From the human T2T-CHM13v2.0 reference genome, Homo sapiens: DNA of 64,000 nt. Below, in pieces: positions 46,273 to 63,000 of this stretch. The notes under the pieces were generated by a model. That model searched no databases and was not told the origin of the DNA. It saw only the letters and a program-made list of their open reading frames with translations. A program made the position numbers and the translations under genes. The stretch is taken from the NCBI RefSeq assembly GCF_009914755.1, contig NC_060939.1; one strand, written 5' to 3'. The first letter of the stretch is position 1. Every line of letters starts with the position of its first letter.

Positions 46273-46701
46273 ACAAATGTTTTTGTTTGATAACTATTCC
46301 AGGCTTCTGAGGACAGAGACTAGGCACTACCAGGCTGATAGCAGAAAATCAGGGTGGAGGTGATTGTGGGGTTGGGGAATCATACCTGTTTCTTTTGTTG
46401 TTGTTGTTGTTTTACTTCTTAAAATATTTGAAATAGTTTATTTTAATTCATGGACTTTTTAACTCCAAATAATTTCAAGGATGGCTCCATTTAAAATAAA
46501 ATACAGCTGGGTGCAATGGCTCATGCCTATAATCCTAGCACTTTGGGAGGCTGAGGCGGGTGGATCACCTGAGGTCAAGTGTCCAAGACCAACCTGGCCA
46601 CGTTGTAAAACCCCATCTCTATTAAAAATACAAAAATTAGCTGGGCACTGTGGCTCACGCCTGTAATCCCAGCAATTTGGGAGGCCAAGGCAGGTGGATT
46701 A

Positions 46702-46968
<267 letters not shown>

Positions 46969-46996
46969 CTAAATATCTGATTTAAAAATGTAATCT

Positions 46997-47106
46997 GGCT
47001 GGTCTGAAGGCAGTGAGTTATCTCACTTTGATTGTTCACAGTCAGTTACAGATAAAACACCTTGTTCTCTTTCCCTACTTCTTGCTACTGTACTTGACTA
47101 ATCTTT
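46997..47106 (+). pseudogene. Y1 RNA (RNY1) retrocopy
   Basis: GGCTGGTCTGAAGGCAGTGAGTTATCTCA..TTGATTGTTCACAGTCAGTTACAGAT...CTTGACTAATCTTT matches hY1, followed by an A-rich tail. Confidence 0.92.
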
Positions 47107-48278
47107 AAAAATAAAATTTAATAAAATTTTAAAAATTAAAACGTCATCAAAAGGGCTGCCCTGAAGTGATTCAGCTCATCTCTATCCAGTCGGATAGCTC
47201 CTACCTGAAAGGGGAAGCGAGGAAGATGATACTCCTATTCCCTCCTCCAGACACCCACTTATTCCACTTACAGACATGCAAGGTTTGGAATGTTTGTTTC
47301 TACTCCAGGTCTGGGTCCAGTGCAGTGACACTGGGGCTCTCACTCTCCTGCCTCTGGACTCTCCATTATGCCCTAAGATGCCTTTCTCCGGGACAGTCAG
47401 AAGTTACCGCCCCAAACCAGAGAATTGGTCTCCTTTCTTCCCTGCCTGATCACCGTCCCTGTCCCTCTGAGAAAAATCCCTCTTCCATCCAGAGAGAAAA
47501 CAATACCCCCTACTTCATGCTTCATGACCATGCGGTTCATTCCAACCCCTTCATCCCCATTTCTCTTCTTGGCAGGAACAAAGTCTTTTCAAAGCTGGAG
47601 AGGTAGTGCCCAGACTCCTTGAAGAGGTCCCAGGGAAAGGGGATGTTCTCCTCTCCTTTCCCCACAGATCACTCACCGGGACTGTCTTTTCTGTACAAGA
47701 CAGACGTGAAAAAAAGCCAGTTTTCGATTTTCTTTACAAATTTCTGTAGGTGCAAAGGCTTGGGCAGAATGACTAGAAGACATGTCCTCATCAATAATAA
47801 TAATAGCTAACATTTATTAACCATGCACTATATGCTATACTCTGAACGTTTTATCTGCTTTTTTTCTCATCCAATAGTCAGAATAACTCTATATTAGCCT
47901 CACTTTACAAAAAAATTTAGCATTTTGTTATAGAACAGAAATTATGCAGAATTATTAAATTATTGGTGCCACAGACATTTTACTGTATCTGTATTATTAG
48001 TACAGAAATTATTATTAAGGCACAGAAATTATTAGTACAAAGATGATATCAGTACTATTATTATAATATAGAAATCAGTACTATTATTATAATATAGAAA
48101 TTGCTAGTGCAGGCCGGGCATTGTGGCTCACGGCTGTAATCCCAAAACTATGGGAGGCTGAGGCGGCGGATTACGAGGTCAGGAGAGTGAGACCAACCTG
48201 GCCAACATGGTGAAATCCCGTCTCTACTAAAAATACAAATTTGTCAGGCATGGTGGCGTGCACCTGTAGTCCCAGCTA

Positions 48279-48413
<135 letters not shown>

Positions 48414-48948
48414 TTACTAGTACAGAAGAAAGTTTCAGAAAACTGAGGCTTAAAGAGGTTAAGCTAACTTATCCAAGGTTACAGAGTTAGTAGAGCTAGC
48501 TGAATTCAGTCCACACAAATAACTTAGCTCTTAACCTTAAGTAAACCTTATCCTCCTCTGTGCCTCCCACACTCACCTCTGGCTTCCTCCCTGGGATGAG
48601 TGAGGCAAGAAGGAGAATATGAGCTGTGGACTACGAGAAAAAAAACCAGAGTGACTGAAGGAGAAGGAACTCCTGGTCCTTCCTGGTGACCCAGAGCCAA
48701 CAGAGAAATGGGTAACTCATTAACCAGAGAAAAGTCCCACATCCTGTGTTTGAAAGAAAGAAACATTTTAAAAGTTAGAAAATGCATTTGAACAATGTTG
48801 TATTTAAACCAAGCTCAAGCAACAGATGTTTCTTTACTTTTCTTTGAGACAGTGTCTTGCTCTGTTGGCTCCTTCACCCAGGCTATAGTGCAGTGGCTGA
48901 TCTCGGCTTACTGATCTTGGCTGAATTCCACCTGCTGAGTTCAAGTAA

Positions 48949-49191
<243 letters not shown>

Positions 49192-49723
49192 TGAACATTA
49201 TGTTAAAGTATATTAGCTTTTATAATTACTTTATTCTAAGATCTTGCCCTGTGAATGACCCCAAATATCATAACGCACAGATCAGGGAGGGTTAGGGACC
49301 ATGCACAGAGCACAGGCTGGGATTTGCTTTGGGAACAGTCGCTGGGGCAGAGGATGCCTGCTGGAGGGAAGGGCTCTTTCTATGTACGGTTGCTGGGAGC
49401 CCAGGACTGGACTCAGAGGAGAAGATGAGTATCAATCCATAGCAGAAACAAAGAGGTATATATGCATCTTCCAATAGAGATCACTGGGGTTCCCACAAGA
49501 AAAGTTGACAAATAGCTCAGCTGGAAACATGAAGAGGGGAAGTAAATTACTCAGAGTATTGATCAGAATGTATACAGTAGCCCTCAAACGCAACAAACTC
49601 AGCACAGCTGCACCCACTTCTCCTTCAGAGCAGGGAAAAGACAAAAGTTTCAGAAACTTTCCATCTTCTCACCCTCATAGGTGTGAAATCATCTCCCTCC
49701 ACCAGGAGGAAGAAAATACTTTA

Positions 49724-50005
<282 letters not shown>

Positions 50006-50508
50006 TTAATCTTTATTTGTCTTAGGTGAGTGCCCTGGGGTGGAACCTGCTGCAGCCTTTACTTGAGTGGGCAGAAAAAGAAACAAACAAAAAAAAAAAA
50101 CGGGGGATGAGAGGCTATTACAGTGAAGAGAAAGGGGGAGAATGGGATAGAGTGAGGTGGGAGGGGCAGAGGGGAGAGGCCACAAGGAGGGCTTCGATTT
50201 TGGGGGCTGTTGGCCTAGATCTGCATGTGGGCCCAGCTTCTCTGTTCCTCTGAGTGGGGAGATTGTGCTATAGAGACAGTCCAGCATAGTGGACTGGGGG
50301 CTGGGACTCCTAAGATGGGGCAGTAAGGTTGCAAATTTGGGGCAGTTTAGTGTTTATGATGGCACGGGAGGTTCAGGAGTTTTGTTGGGGAGAGAAAAGA
50401 CTTGCTGAAACAGAAAAGACTTGCTGTAAAGCAGTTATTCATGAAGGAGAAACTTTCTTCAGTCAGAATTTATGTTGCTACCCCGCAAGCTGGTTTTTGG
50501 ATTAATCA

Positions 50509-51032
<524 letters not shown>

Positions 51033-51140
51033 TCAAAAATTAAAACGTAAGAAAAACCAAACACACGTACCCTGTGTTGTAAACATGCTACCTTAAGTGA
51101 AGGTGCAGATCAAGAGAGAGAAACCAGAATTTCACAGTTT

Positions 51141-51509
51141 TGTTATACGTGCAGCTCCCTTGGGAGCAACAGCACGCCACACAAGGCCACTCAGGTGAAG
51201 CCCCAGGTCAGTCACGTGGCAAAGGGGGAGAAGGGGTGGCTGTGGAAATTCTCCTTTCTTGTGGTCTCTGTGGGAGATGGGGGAACATGGCTTACTACTG
51301 GCTAATTTGAATAATTTCACTGGGCTCTGGGACATAGGGGCTGTCCCTCGTTGTCTGGCACCTGGCCCAGGGCAGTTAGGGTGGGTGTGTGGTAGCCCAG
51401 AGTGTGAGGGCCCAGTCAGGGAGGTGGTTGAGGTGCGAACGTAACTGGCTGCCCAAGAGGAGGAACTGACCATCTCTAGCCAGGGCCTCAAAACTGGGTT
51501 GAGAGCATT

Positions 51510-51553
<44 letters not shown>

Positions 51554-51571
51554 CCACCCACCCTATATCAC
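51141..51571 (-). mobile_element. ERVL solo LTR (LTR47/MER74-like) containing a (CA)n tract
   Basis: Contains GGCTAATTTGAATAATTTCAC..GGGCTGTCCCT..GTTGTCTGGCACCTGGCCC and has TG/CA ends. Subfamily uncertain. Confidence 0.6.
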
Positions 51572-51998
51572 ACCCTGTGAACTGAGGAATTAATAGCTGA
51601 TTTTCTTATTTCAGGGGATATAATCTTGGGCAAATCAAAAAGTCTCTGTACTTGAGCCTAAATATGCAAACAGAGTTCTAAGCCATTATCTGCTGTTCCT
51701 TATTGTAGCATGCAAGAGCTCTTGTTTTGGTCAGGTATGGTGGCTCCTGCCTGTAATCCCAGCACTTTGCAAAGCAGTGGCGGGAGGATAGCTTGAGGCC
51801 AGAGTCTGAGACCAGCCTGGGCAGCATAGTGAGACCCCTGTCTCTAAAAAAAAGAGTTCCTGTTTAAGCCATTGGTAGATGGCTGTTTTCATTTCCTCAG
51901 CAAACCTATTTGCTTGGGAAGCCACAGCCCACAGCTTCCTCCCAGGTGTTCTTATCATCCTTGAGAAGGGAGAGATGAGGGTCAGGCTGCTGTGAGGC

Positions 51999-53864
<1,866 letters not shown>

Positions 53865-54192
53865 GAGGCTGAGAGGAGTTAGCTGCTCTTGAGTGATGGA
53901 AGGATTCCACATTCAGAACCACTCTCCTATACCTCTTGCTACTAAAACCATTCAATATCAATGATTTGTTGTTAAGCAGAAATGAACTGATTAAGGGATA
54001 CTCAGTAGTTTACAGAATCTCTGGGAGGGTCACAGACTGGGTTCTGGAGCACACAGCCAGGTACAATCCCTGAACATACTGTAGGGCTGCTCTTCTAAAA
54101 CATTTAAACAAATCTGTTTATATGTTTACTTTGGAAAGTTTCAAACCACAGAAAAATGGAAAGAGCACTATAATGAATCCCCATATCTCCTG

Positions 54193-54701
54193 GACTTGGT
54201 TGGGTTTCCCTCAAAGGAGATCCTGAGAGAACTTGGGTACAGGACATTTATTTGGGAGGTGATCCCAGAAAGCACAAGTGAAAGGGTGCAGGACATGGGA
54301 CAGGAAAGGAAAACACAGTAATAATATGTGCATTCCTGTGGTGGTCACCGCTGTGTGCAACCGGGGCTCCGTCCTGGGGACCTTCTGGGAAACCATGCAC
54401 GATAAGCTTCCCATTTGTCTCGCCAAAGGATGGAGAGACGGGGGCTTTTGTCCACTGCCTCCTCTCCCCTTTGGTTAAGAGTCAACCCTGAGAAAGTCAA
54501 CTGCCTCAGTTTCCAGGTTGTGCCTAACCAGTAGTATTGCACGCTTCTCTGTGCTGGAGAAAGCCCTCTGGCAGAGAAGCCGTGAGATGCGTCATTTGAG
54601 GTGTCAAGTCTTCCCATGGCAGAAACTGTGAACCACAGCTGTGAGTGAACTCAAACAGGAGCTGAAGGGATGTGGGGTGGGGCATCAACATCATCTGCTA
54701 C
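54193..54701 (-). mobile_element. LTR33/LTR16-like ERVL LTR
   Basis: TTTATTTGGGAGGTGATCCCAGAAAGCAC and terminal GGGGCATCAACATCATCTGCTACA. Confidence 0.65.
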
Positions 54702-55859
54702 AATCCCTCCTAAGATTTACTGCTAACATCTTGCCGTCTCTTTCCCTCTCTCTCTATACACCCACACATACGACAAAGATAAAGTATTTATCATGTGCCG
54801 GGCACTGTGCCTCTATTCAGCCCTTGAGTCTGCATAATGACCCTATGAAGCAGGTATCCCATACCTGTCATGCTTAGCGGTCACTGGAATCATTCCAAAG
54901 GGTGCTGGAACCATTCTATTTTCAAATATCATTATGCTGGAAATTACATTTTGTGCAACTATTTGAACTTATGGTGACAAATTTTAGATGCCAACCTAAA
55001 AATATACAGGAAGGTGCATAGTTTTTCAAAGTTCTTTCTGCGAGTAAGCAGCCAAAGAGTCCCCATCCTAGACTTGTGCCGTCGTGTCTGCATCTGGTGC
55101 TATGCCCAGAATCACTGAAGAGGATGATGGGGGCTGGGGTAGGGGGAGACATGGGGAAGGAGCTAAGACACTTCTGTGGTTGCCCTGAAAGAATCCTGGG
55201 AAATACATTTTTAAAAGAAAAACAAAATGAGGGATGCTATAGATAGAAAGTGAGTTCAGCTTGCTGAAGGTCCAGATGGATGCGTGCTGAATACCCAGGC
55301 TGTGCTCTCCACATTCTGATTCTGTCCCTCTCGGAGCCTGAGGATGCTGAGTTAGTGGTCACATGCCGTACCACCCTGTCGCCTCCCCTTTTATATTTAC
55401 TTCGTTTTCTTAATGTTGCCTCCCCAACCTCTAAATGTTCAACTTACTTTATGATCAAAGTAGCTATTTAAAAACAAACAAACAAACAAACAAACAAAAA
55501 AACAAGCTTTTCTGGCTGGATGTGTTGGCTCACACCTGTAATCCCAGCACTTTGGGAGGCCGTGGTGGACAGGTCACTTGAGGTCAGGAGTTCGAGACCA
55601 GCCTGGCCAACATGGTGAAACCCCGTCTCTACTAAAAATACAAAAAAAAAAAAATTAGCCAGGCATAATGGTGCACGCCTGTAATCCCAGCTACTCAGGA
55701 AGCTGAGGCAGGAGAATCGCATGAACCTGGGAGGCAGAGGTTTCAGTGAGCCCAGATCATGCCACTACACTCCAGCCTGGGCAACAGAGTGAGACTCTGT
55801 CTCCAAAATAAATACATAAATAAATAAAAATAAAAAGATTTTTTTTGCTTGATTATCCC

Positions 55860-56199
55860 TTTTATTTTTTTTATTATACTTTAAAGTTCTAGGGTACATG
55901 TGCACAACATGCAGGTTTGTTACATATGTATACATGTGCCCTGTTGGTGTGCTGCACCCATTAACTCGTCATTTACATTAGGTTTATCTCCTAATGCTAT
56001 CCCTCCTCCCTCCCCACAACCCACGACAGGCCCCGGTGTGTGATGTTCCCCTTCCTGTGTCCAAGTGTTCTCATTGTTCATTCCCCACCTGTGAGTGAGA
56101 ACAAGTGGTGTTTGGTTTTCTGTCCTTGTGATAGTTTGCTGAGAATGATGGTTTCCAGTTTCATCCATATCCCTACAAAGGATATGAACTCATCCTTTT
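55860..56199 (-). mobile_element. L1PA (primate LINE-1) 3' end, 5'-truncated
   Basis: TTATTATACTTTAAAGTTCTAGGGTACATGTGCACAAC...TGAGAATGATGGTTTCCAG is the canonical L1PA 3'UTR. Confidence 0.92.
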
Positions 56200-58833
56200 A
56201 AAATAGGATTTTTTATCTAACTTTGTCGGGAAGACAAGCTGACACTTTCTTCTCTTCTAGAGCACAAATACGGTAGCATTCTCTTCACAGTGCAAGCACA
56301 TTGAGGGCACGATGTGAGCTGTGAGGTAGTTGTGAGGCTGTGATGAGAAATGAGCTATGGGGGCAGAGGCAACAAACAGTGACAACAGAAAAGCTACCTT
56401 ACGTGGAGAAGAAGTTCTTTGGATGCAATTTATCTAACTGAGTTTTACAATCAATCAAACTCATCAGCTATAACCCTGCCTTTTCCTGTTTAGAAAACAT
56501 TTTTACCCCTGTAATTTACAAGGGCAAGCTGGTTGGTTCTCTTGAATCCATTCTCCCCAAAAGTAGAGCAAGAAAGTTTAGAAAGGGTGTTAGAATCTGG
56601 TCTAATCAATAGCTCGATCCAGGTTATGAAGGTGTTTCCCAAGCTTGGTGCAATGTTCAGTTTAGTTCATGTATTCAGCTATTTTTTCCTCCCAATTTGT
56701 TGTTCATGTTACCCAGGCATGGTAGGAAAAACCGTAAAGGGCGACTTTCCTTGCTCGATTTCCTCTTCATGTCTGCTAACATGGGGAAAGAGCTTAGGCT
56801 TTGAAGCCAGACAAGCATGTGTTTAAATCCAGGCTCATCAGTTATTAGTTCTGAAGATGGATAGCTTATTTAAATTATCTGAGCCCCAGTTTCCTTTCCT
56901 GCAGAATGGAGGTGATGTCTCCTCCTCACAGAACTGCTGTGAGGAATTAGCAAGGGCATGTGTGCAGACAGCCCTGTCCATTGATATACAATTAATGATG
57001 ACCAGTGTTAATATTGTCATCATTATCCTTCTGATCTACAATTTGATTTCTGAACAGACTGGCTGTAGAAAAAAAATGTCTTAGGCAGAAGACTGATTCA
57101 AATCTCTTGGCTGGTTTCATCCTAAGTTGTAGAAATTAGAAACTGGTATTCTGGTTTTAAGTCACTGGTAGTTGGTTACTAAAATCATTTCATCAGTTCG
57201 ATTATCTGTAGGCCTAGGGTAATGTCCTGAACACAGTAGGCACGCCCATAACAACGATAATATCAGCAGTAGTAAGGAATAATTTGAATAACCCTTTAAT
57301 CTATAAAGCAATTACAAAAACCATCTCATTTAACCCTCTCATAAAAACCTATGATTTAACTAAAACAAATCCTGTTATTCTTCTCATTTAGGGAAGTGGA
57401 AGATACAATAAGAGATATTAAATAACTCTCACTTTTGTGCCTTTGAACTCCCTGTTTCCTCCCTAGAAACTTCCCCTAATCTCTCTTCTATGTATGAAAT
57501 TGCAACACGTTCATCAAGGACCATTTTAAGTTTCCTCTCCTCTTTTCATAGGAAAGAACTCATTCTTTTCTGACCTTCTACAGTACTTGAAGTGTGAACC
57601 ACATTATTTAGTACTTCATTACCCTCTCTTTCATTTCTTCCCAATGGTTTCCTGTGTTTGAATTCTATTAAAAAACAACAGGCCGGGCACGGTGGCTCAA
57701 GCTTGTAATCCCAGTACTTTGGGAGGCCGAGGCGGGCAGATTGCTTGAAGTCAGGAGTTCGAGACCAGCCTGGCCAACATGGTGAAACCCTGTCTCTACT
57801 GAAAATACAAAAATTGGCCGGGCGTGCTGGCGGACGCCTGTAATCTCAACTACTTGGGAGGCTGAGGCAGGAGAATTGCTTGAGAATCACTCCTGGAGCT
57901 GGATTGCAGGGAGCCGAGATCACACCACTGTACTCAAGCCTGGACAACAGAGCGAGACTCCATCTAAAAAACAAAAAAACAAACAAAGAAACCAAAAACC
58001 AACTACAGCTCTGCCCCTCTGGAGGTTAGGGATCATGCAGCTGGAATGTATTTTGGGTCTTGCCACCCAGCCCCTTTCCCCTTCACACTCCCTAGCCCAG
58101 AGCTGGACTCAGAGCCAATGCCTCATGCATACTGGATTGATTCACAGAGAATTTACCTGAAATCCTGGCATAGAAAATCCATTGCAGGATAAAAATGGAG
58201 AATGACTCTTTAGGGACTGCCATCTAAGAAGCAGGGCAATAATGTTCCTGCTAGGAAATTACAATTCAAGAAACAAACACAAGCAGGAAACACATCTCTT
58301 ACATGCAGCTTCTAGCACTGATTCTGGCAGTCCCCATTATACCCTGGTAAGTTTAAGTGACTAGGACTTGACTTTAGTCACTGTGTCCCCAGCTTATGCC
58401 ACTGTAACCATATGTAGGCGGGGACATCTTTTGTGGGTTCATGTCATTGTTCTTCCTGTTGCAGTGATGAGAATTAGCTTCATTGTCTAACAAAATTAAA
58501 CAACCCTTAACTAAGGGAAGCTAAATAGCAACTGATATTTTTGGAGGCTCTTTCAAATTAGGACAGCTGAGTCTAACGGAAAAACAAACACATTTTATAC
58601 CAAATACCAGTTGCATGTTGTTGCATACCAAATGTCAGCCTAGAGAGAATTTTTCCTTTCGTTTCTTCATTTTTATCACATTTCTTCCCAGTGCTTTATA
58701 AGATTTATTGTATAATCCCAATGATTTTAATGACAGGGTTCCTACCCCCAGTATCACTCATCCAGTGACGAAGCCAAGGAAGGCTCTTGAAGAACGTGCT
58801 CTACTGTGTTCTGGTGGGGTCACGTTCTCTAGG

Positions 58834-58998
58834 CCAGTACTTCTCAGACTTAAATGTGCATACGAATCAGCAGGAGGTCTTGTTAAAATGCAGATTCTGA
58901 TCCTGTAGACCCAGGTTGGGACCCTTGAACTCTGCATTCCTAACAGTAGAGGGGCTCGTGTTCTTGTGCATAGATCACACTTCGACGGGCAATGTTCT
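58834..58998. mobile_element. MER5A hAT-Charlie MITE
   Basis: TTCTCAGACTT..GAATCA..CTTGTTAAAATGCAGATTCTGA..TCTGCATTCCTAACA. Confidence 0.75.
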
Positions 58999-59464
58999 AG
59001 GTAGAATTGGAGCTCAGTGGAAAGGCAGATCCCTGACAGCTTGAACAAAGATTCTTGTGTGGGAGTAGATGTGGACCCCATCACTGTAGGTCAGAAAGGT
59101 CCTTAAGTCCATGATGGCTCTGCTTTAAAGGCAGGACAACCTGGGGAGGACCTTAGTTTCTGGAGGAAAATGGGCAGCTTAGCGTATAGCAGGAGCGTAT
59201 ATACGACGGGCTGGGAGCTCTCCCTGGTGCTGCTTAAGACTTCCCCCAAGTCTGCTTTCCTCACAGGAGCCTCTCCCGAATTTCTGCTCTTTTGTCTAAA
59301 ATGTCAGTCTAAATCCTTACTTGTAATTGTGCCCTACTTTGCCGTTGCTGCCTGGCTATACCTTGTATTTATTGCTGGCCTATACCTGGAGTCCTTGGTC
59401 CTTCTTGGGAAAAAGTATTGAGGTTTTAAAGCTCTTATCCTTGGGGACAGATTAAACCCTTAAA

Positions 59465-59471
59465 CTATCTA

Positions 59472-59555
<84 letters not shown>

Positions 59556-59627
59556 CCTAACTACCTACCAAAAAAGCATTGAGGTTTTAAAGCTGTTATC
59601 CTTGGGGACAGATTAAACCCTCAACCC

Positions 59628-59664
<37 letters not shown>
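59465..59664. repeat. Compound tetranucleotide STR (CTAT)2(CTGT)5(CTAT)15 plus a second (CTAT)9; probably marker D15S643
   Basis: Arrays read directly. Flanks ATACCTGGAGTCCTTGGTCC and GCATTGAGGTTTTAAAGCTGTT match my recollection of the D15S643 primers (unverified). Confidence 0.8.
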
Positions 59665-59665
<1 letters not shown>

Positions 59666-60137
59666 ATCTGTCACCTATTTATATCCACTTTAATTTGATA
59701 TTTTTGACCAGGAAAGGAAAAGAAAGTTCATATGGCCATATCTTTTAAACAAAATAAGGTACATAACAGGTGTTCATTGTATTTTTTTTAATTGAGGTGA
59801 AATTTCACATAACATAAAATTAAGCATTTTAAAGTATTTTTAAGTGGGCCAGGCACAGTGGCTCATGTCTGTAATCCTAGCACTTTGGGAGTCCGAGGCA
59901 GGAGGATTGCTTGAGTCCAGGAGTTCAAGACTAGCCTGGCCAACATAGTGAGACCCTGTCTCTACACAAAATAAAAAGAATTAGCCAGGCATGGTGACAC
60001 ATGCTTGTAGTACCAGCTTGTAGTATCCCTGAGATTAGGGTATCACTTGAGCCCAGGAGTTCGAGGCTGAAGTGAGCTATGATCAGGCCACTGCACCCCA
60101 GCCTGGGTGACAGAGTGAGACCTTGTCTCTAAAATAA

Positions 60138-60423
<286 letters not shown>

Positions 60424-61589
60424 TAACCAGGATGGTCTCAATCTCCTGACCTCATGATCTGTCTGTCTCAGCCTCCCAAAGTGCTGGGATTACAGGCGTG
60501 AGCCACATGCCCAGCCACCTCTATCTAGTTTCAAAGCATTTAAAACATAGTTAAATGAAATCTGCATGAAAGTAAAGTTAAAGATTCCTTGAGTGGTTCA
60601 TAAGAAATTTCTGTCATTTATTGAATTCACAAGTTAATTTAAGTTTTAAATGGTAAATTTCTTAACTGTATGAATATTTTTTCACTTTGCTTTTTTATTT
60701 GCCTATGGAATAATGATAATAATGATAGTAACAGCTGTTATTTATGGAATGCTTACTACATGTGAGAGACTTTGTATATATTTTCTTTTCCAATCCTCAC
60801 AACAACCTAATGAAATAGGTATTATTATTATTTTTTATTTTTTAATTTTTACTTTTTAAGACGGAGTCTCGCACTGTCGCCCAGGCTGGAGTGCAGTGGC
60901 GCGATCTCGGCTCACTGCAAGCTCCGCCTCCCAAGTTCACGCCATTCTCCTGCCTCAGCCTCCCTAGCAGCTTGGGACTACAGGCGCCCGCCAACACGCC
61001 TGGCTAATTTTTTGTATTTTTAGTAGAGACGGGGTTTCACCCTGTTAGCCAGGATGGTCTCGATCTCCTCACCTCGTGATCCGCCTGCCTCGGCCTCCCA
61101 AAGTGCTGGGATTACAGGCGTGAGCCATCGCGCCTGGTCTGAAATGAGTATTATTATTAACTTTTGATAGAAAAGGACACTGCAGCTCAGAGATTTTAGC
61201 AAACTTTTTCCAAGGTCACAGAGTTATCGCTTGGCTGAGCTGAGATTTAATCCAAGTCAATCTGACTCCAAGACTTGACCTCTAAATCACAGCACAATAA
61301 CGTTTCTTGTGGACACAGACTTATTATATGTGACAAAAGGGAATTATGGAGAAACGTAAACTCTTAGGAAGCAATAAAATGGATACACATAAACTCAAGG
61401 TTAAATATTTGGAAATAAGGAATGAGAAGCTAACAAAATACAGAAATTTTTATAGAACCATTCACAATTAAGGAGATTTCATGCTGAAAGTTTTTCATAT
61501 AATGTAAGAGACTTATATTTAATTACTCACGGGTCAGGATTTTTAAACATGATTTATAACTATTACTGCCTCTCTCTTATATCACTGAT

Positions 61590-63000
61590 TTCTCTTCCTT
61601 TACTGGATCATTCCTATCTGAAAGGAAACCTAGGCTAACATTTTCCATTTTTTTAAAGAACGAAACAACTTATCTTGACCCCACATCATTTCTTTCTGGC
61701 TACCTTCCCATTTGTCTGCTCCTTTCACTGCGGAACTTCTTGAAAGCATTGCCTGTGGTCACTACATTCTCATTCACCTCCCATCTTTTCCTTAGCCCAC
61801 TCCAGTAGAGATTCTGTCCCCACCATTGCACCCAAACTGCCCTCATTAAGGTCACCAGTGACCTCCTTGTTGCCACGTTCATCACTCACTTTTTGGGCTA
61901 TACCTTTTGGAACTTTTCAGCAGCCTTTGACCTAGCTGACCAGAGGGTTCATACCCTCCTTGAAACTCTTCTTTTGTCTTCTGTGTTACCACACTCTCCT
62001 GGTTTTCTTTCAACTATGAAGGCTCTTTCTTCTCAGTCTCCTTCCTTGGTTCTTGGTTCTTGATTTCTGGCATCTGGTTCTTCCTTCTCTGGCCCAGGGC
62101 TTCATTCTGAACCCCATACATTTCCCCATGTGCACATCTTCCCTAGATAATCTCATCCAATCACAGGGCTTTATGTATCTCCTGTATACTAATGCTAATC
62201 AAAGGATGGCTTCTGCTCAAATTCTCCCCAAAACTTCAGACTCACAGTTCCAGCTGCCATCTTGATGTTTTTTCCTAGAAGTTGGTAGGCATTACATACT
62301 TGACAAGTCCAAAACTAAGCTCTCGATATCCACCACTGAATCTGCTTTTCCCACAGAGTTCTCCATTTCATAAATGGCATCATTATTTACCTATTTGCTT
62401 ATGTTATAGAAGAAAAGCCAGAAAAAATTCTTGATTTCTCTTTCCTCTTTTCCTGCATCACAAGTTCGCTGAACTCTACCTCTGCATTCTAGTCAAAGTC
62501 AGTCCACCGTGTCTATATCTATTTCCTCTGCAGTCATTGTAATCCAAGCCACTGTCATACCTCACTACTACAATAGCCTTAAAACTGGTTTCTCTACTTT
62601 CTCTTCCTTCTCTTATGCCCTCGTAATTCTTTCTCAAAACAGCCACCAGAGTAAATCAGATCAGTTACTCCTCTGCTTAAACCATTCCGTGGCTTATATC
62701 AAATACAACCAAAACTATTTACTGCAACTTTCAAACTTCAACATACATTCTCCTCTGGTACTCCTCTTTTTCCCTCTTTTATTTAATTTTAATTTTAATT
62801 TTATTTTATAGAGATGGGGTCTTGCTATGTTGACTAGGCTGGTCTCAAACTCCTGGTCTCAAGAGATCCTCCTGCCTCAACCTCCCAAAGTGTTGGGATA
62901 ATTTTTCCCCTTAGAATGTAAGCTCCATGAGGGCATAGACCACGCAATGACTACAGTGTCCCTGTGCCTATGATAGTGCCTGATACAGTCTAGGTGCTTG
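61590..63000 (+). mobile_element. L2 LINE, long 3' fragment with reverse-transcriptase remnants
   Basis: ~61797-61875 translates PLQ*RFCPHHCTQTALIKVTSDLLVA (L2/CR1 RT motif QSGFRPHHSTETALxKVTNDL). L2 3'-end motif TAGAATGTAAGCTCCATGAGGGCA is present. Confidence 0.8.

Noticed and set aside
46997-47106. Functional Y RNA gene
   Set aside because: It has an A tail, no visible upstream PSE/TATA, and substitutions in the Ro60-binding stem (GGTCTGA for GGTCCGA).
50391-50426. 19-bp tandem duplication (similar small ones at ~13840, ~41133, ~60003)
   Set aside because: Ordinary slippage duplications with no evident function.
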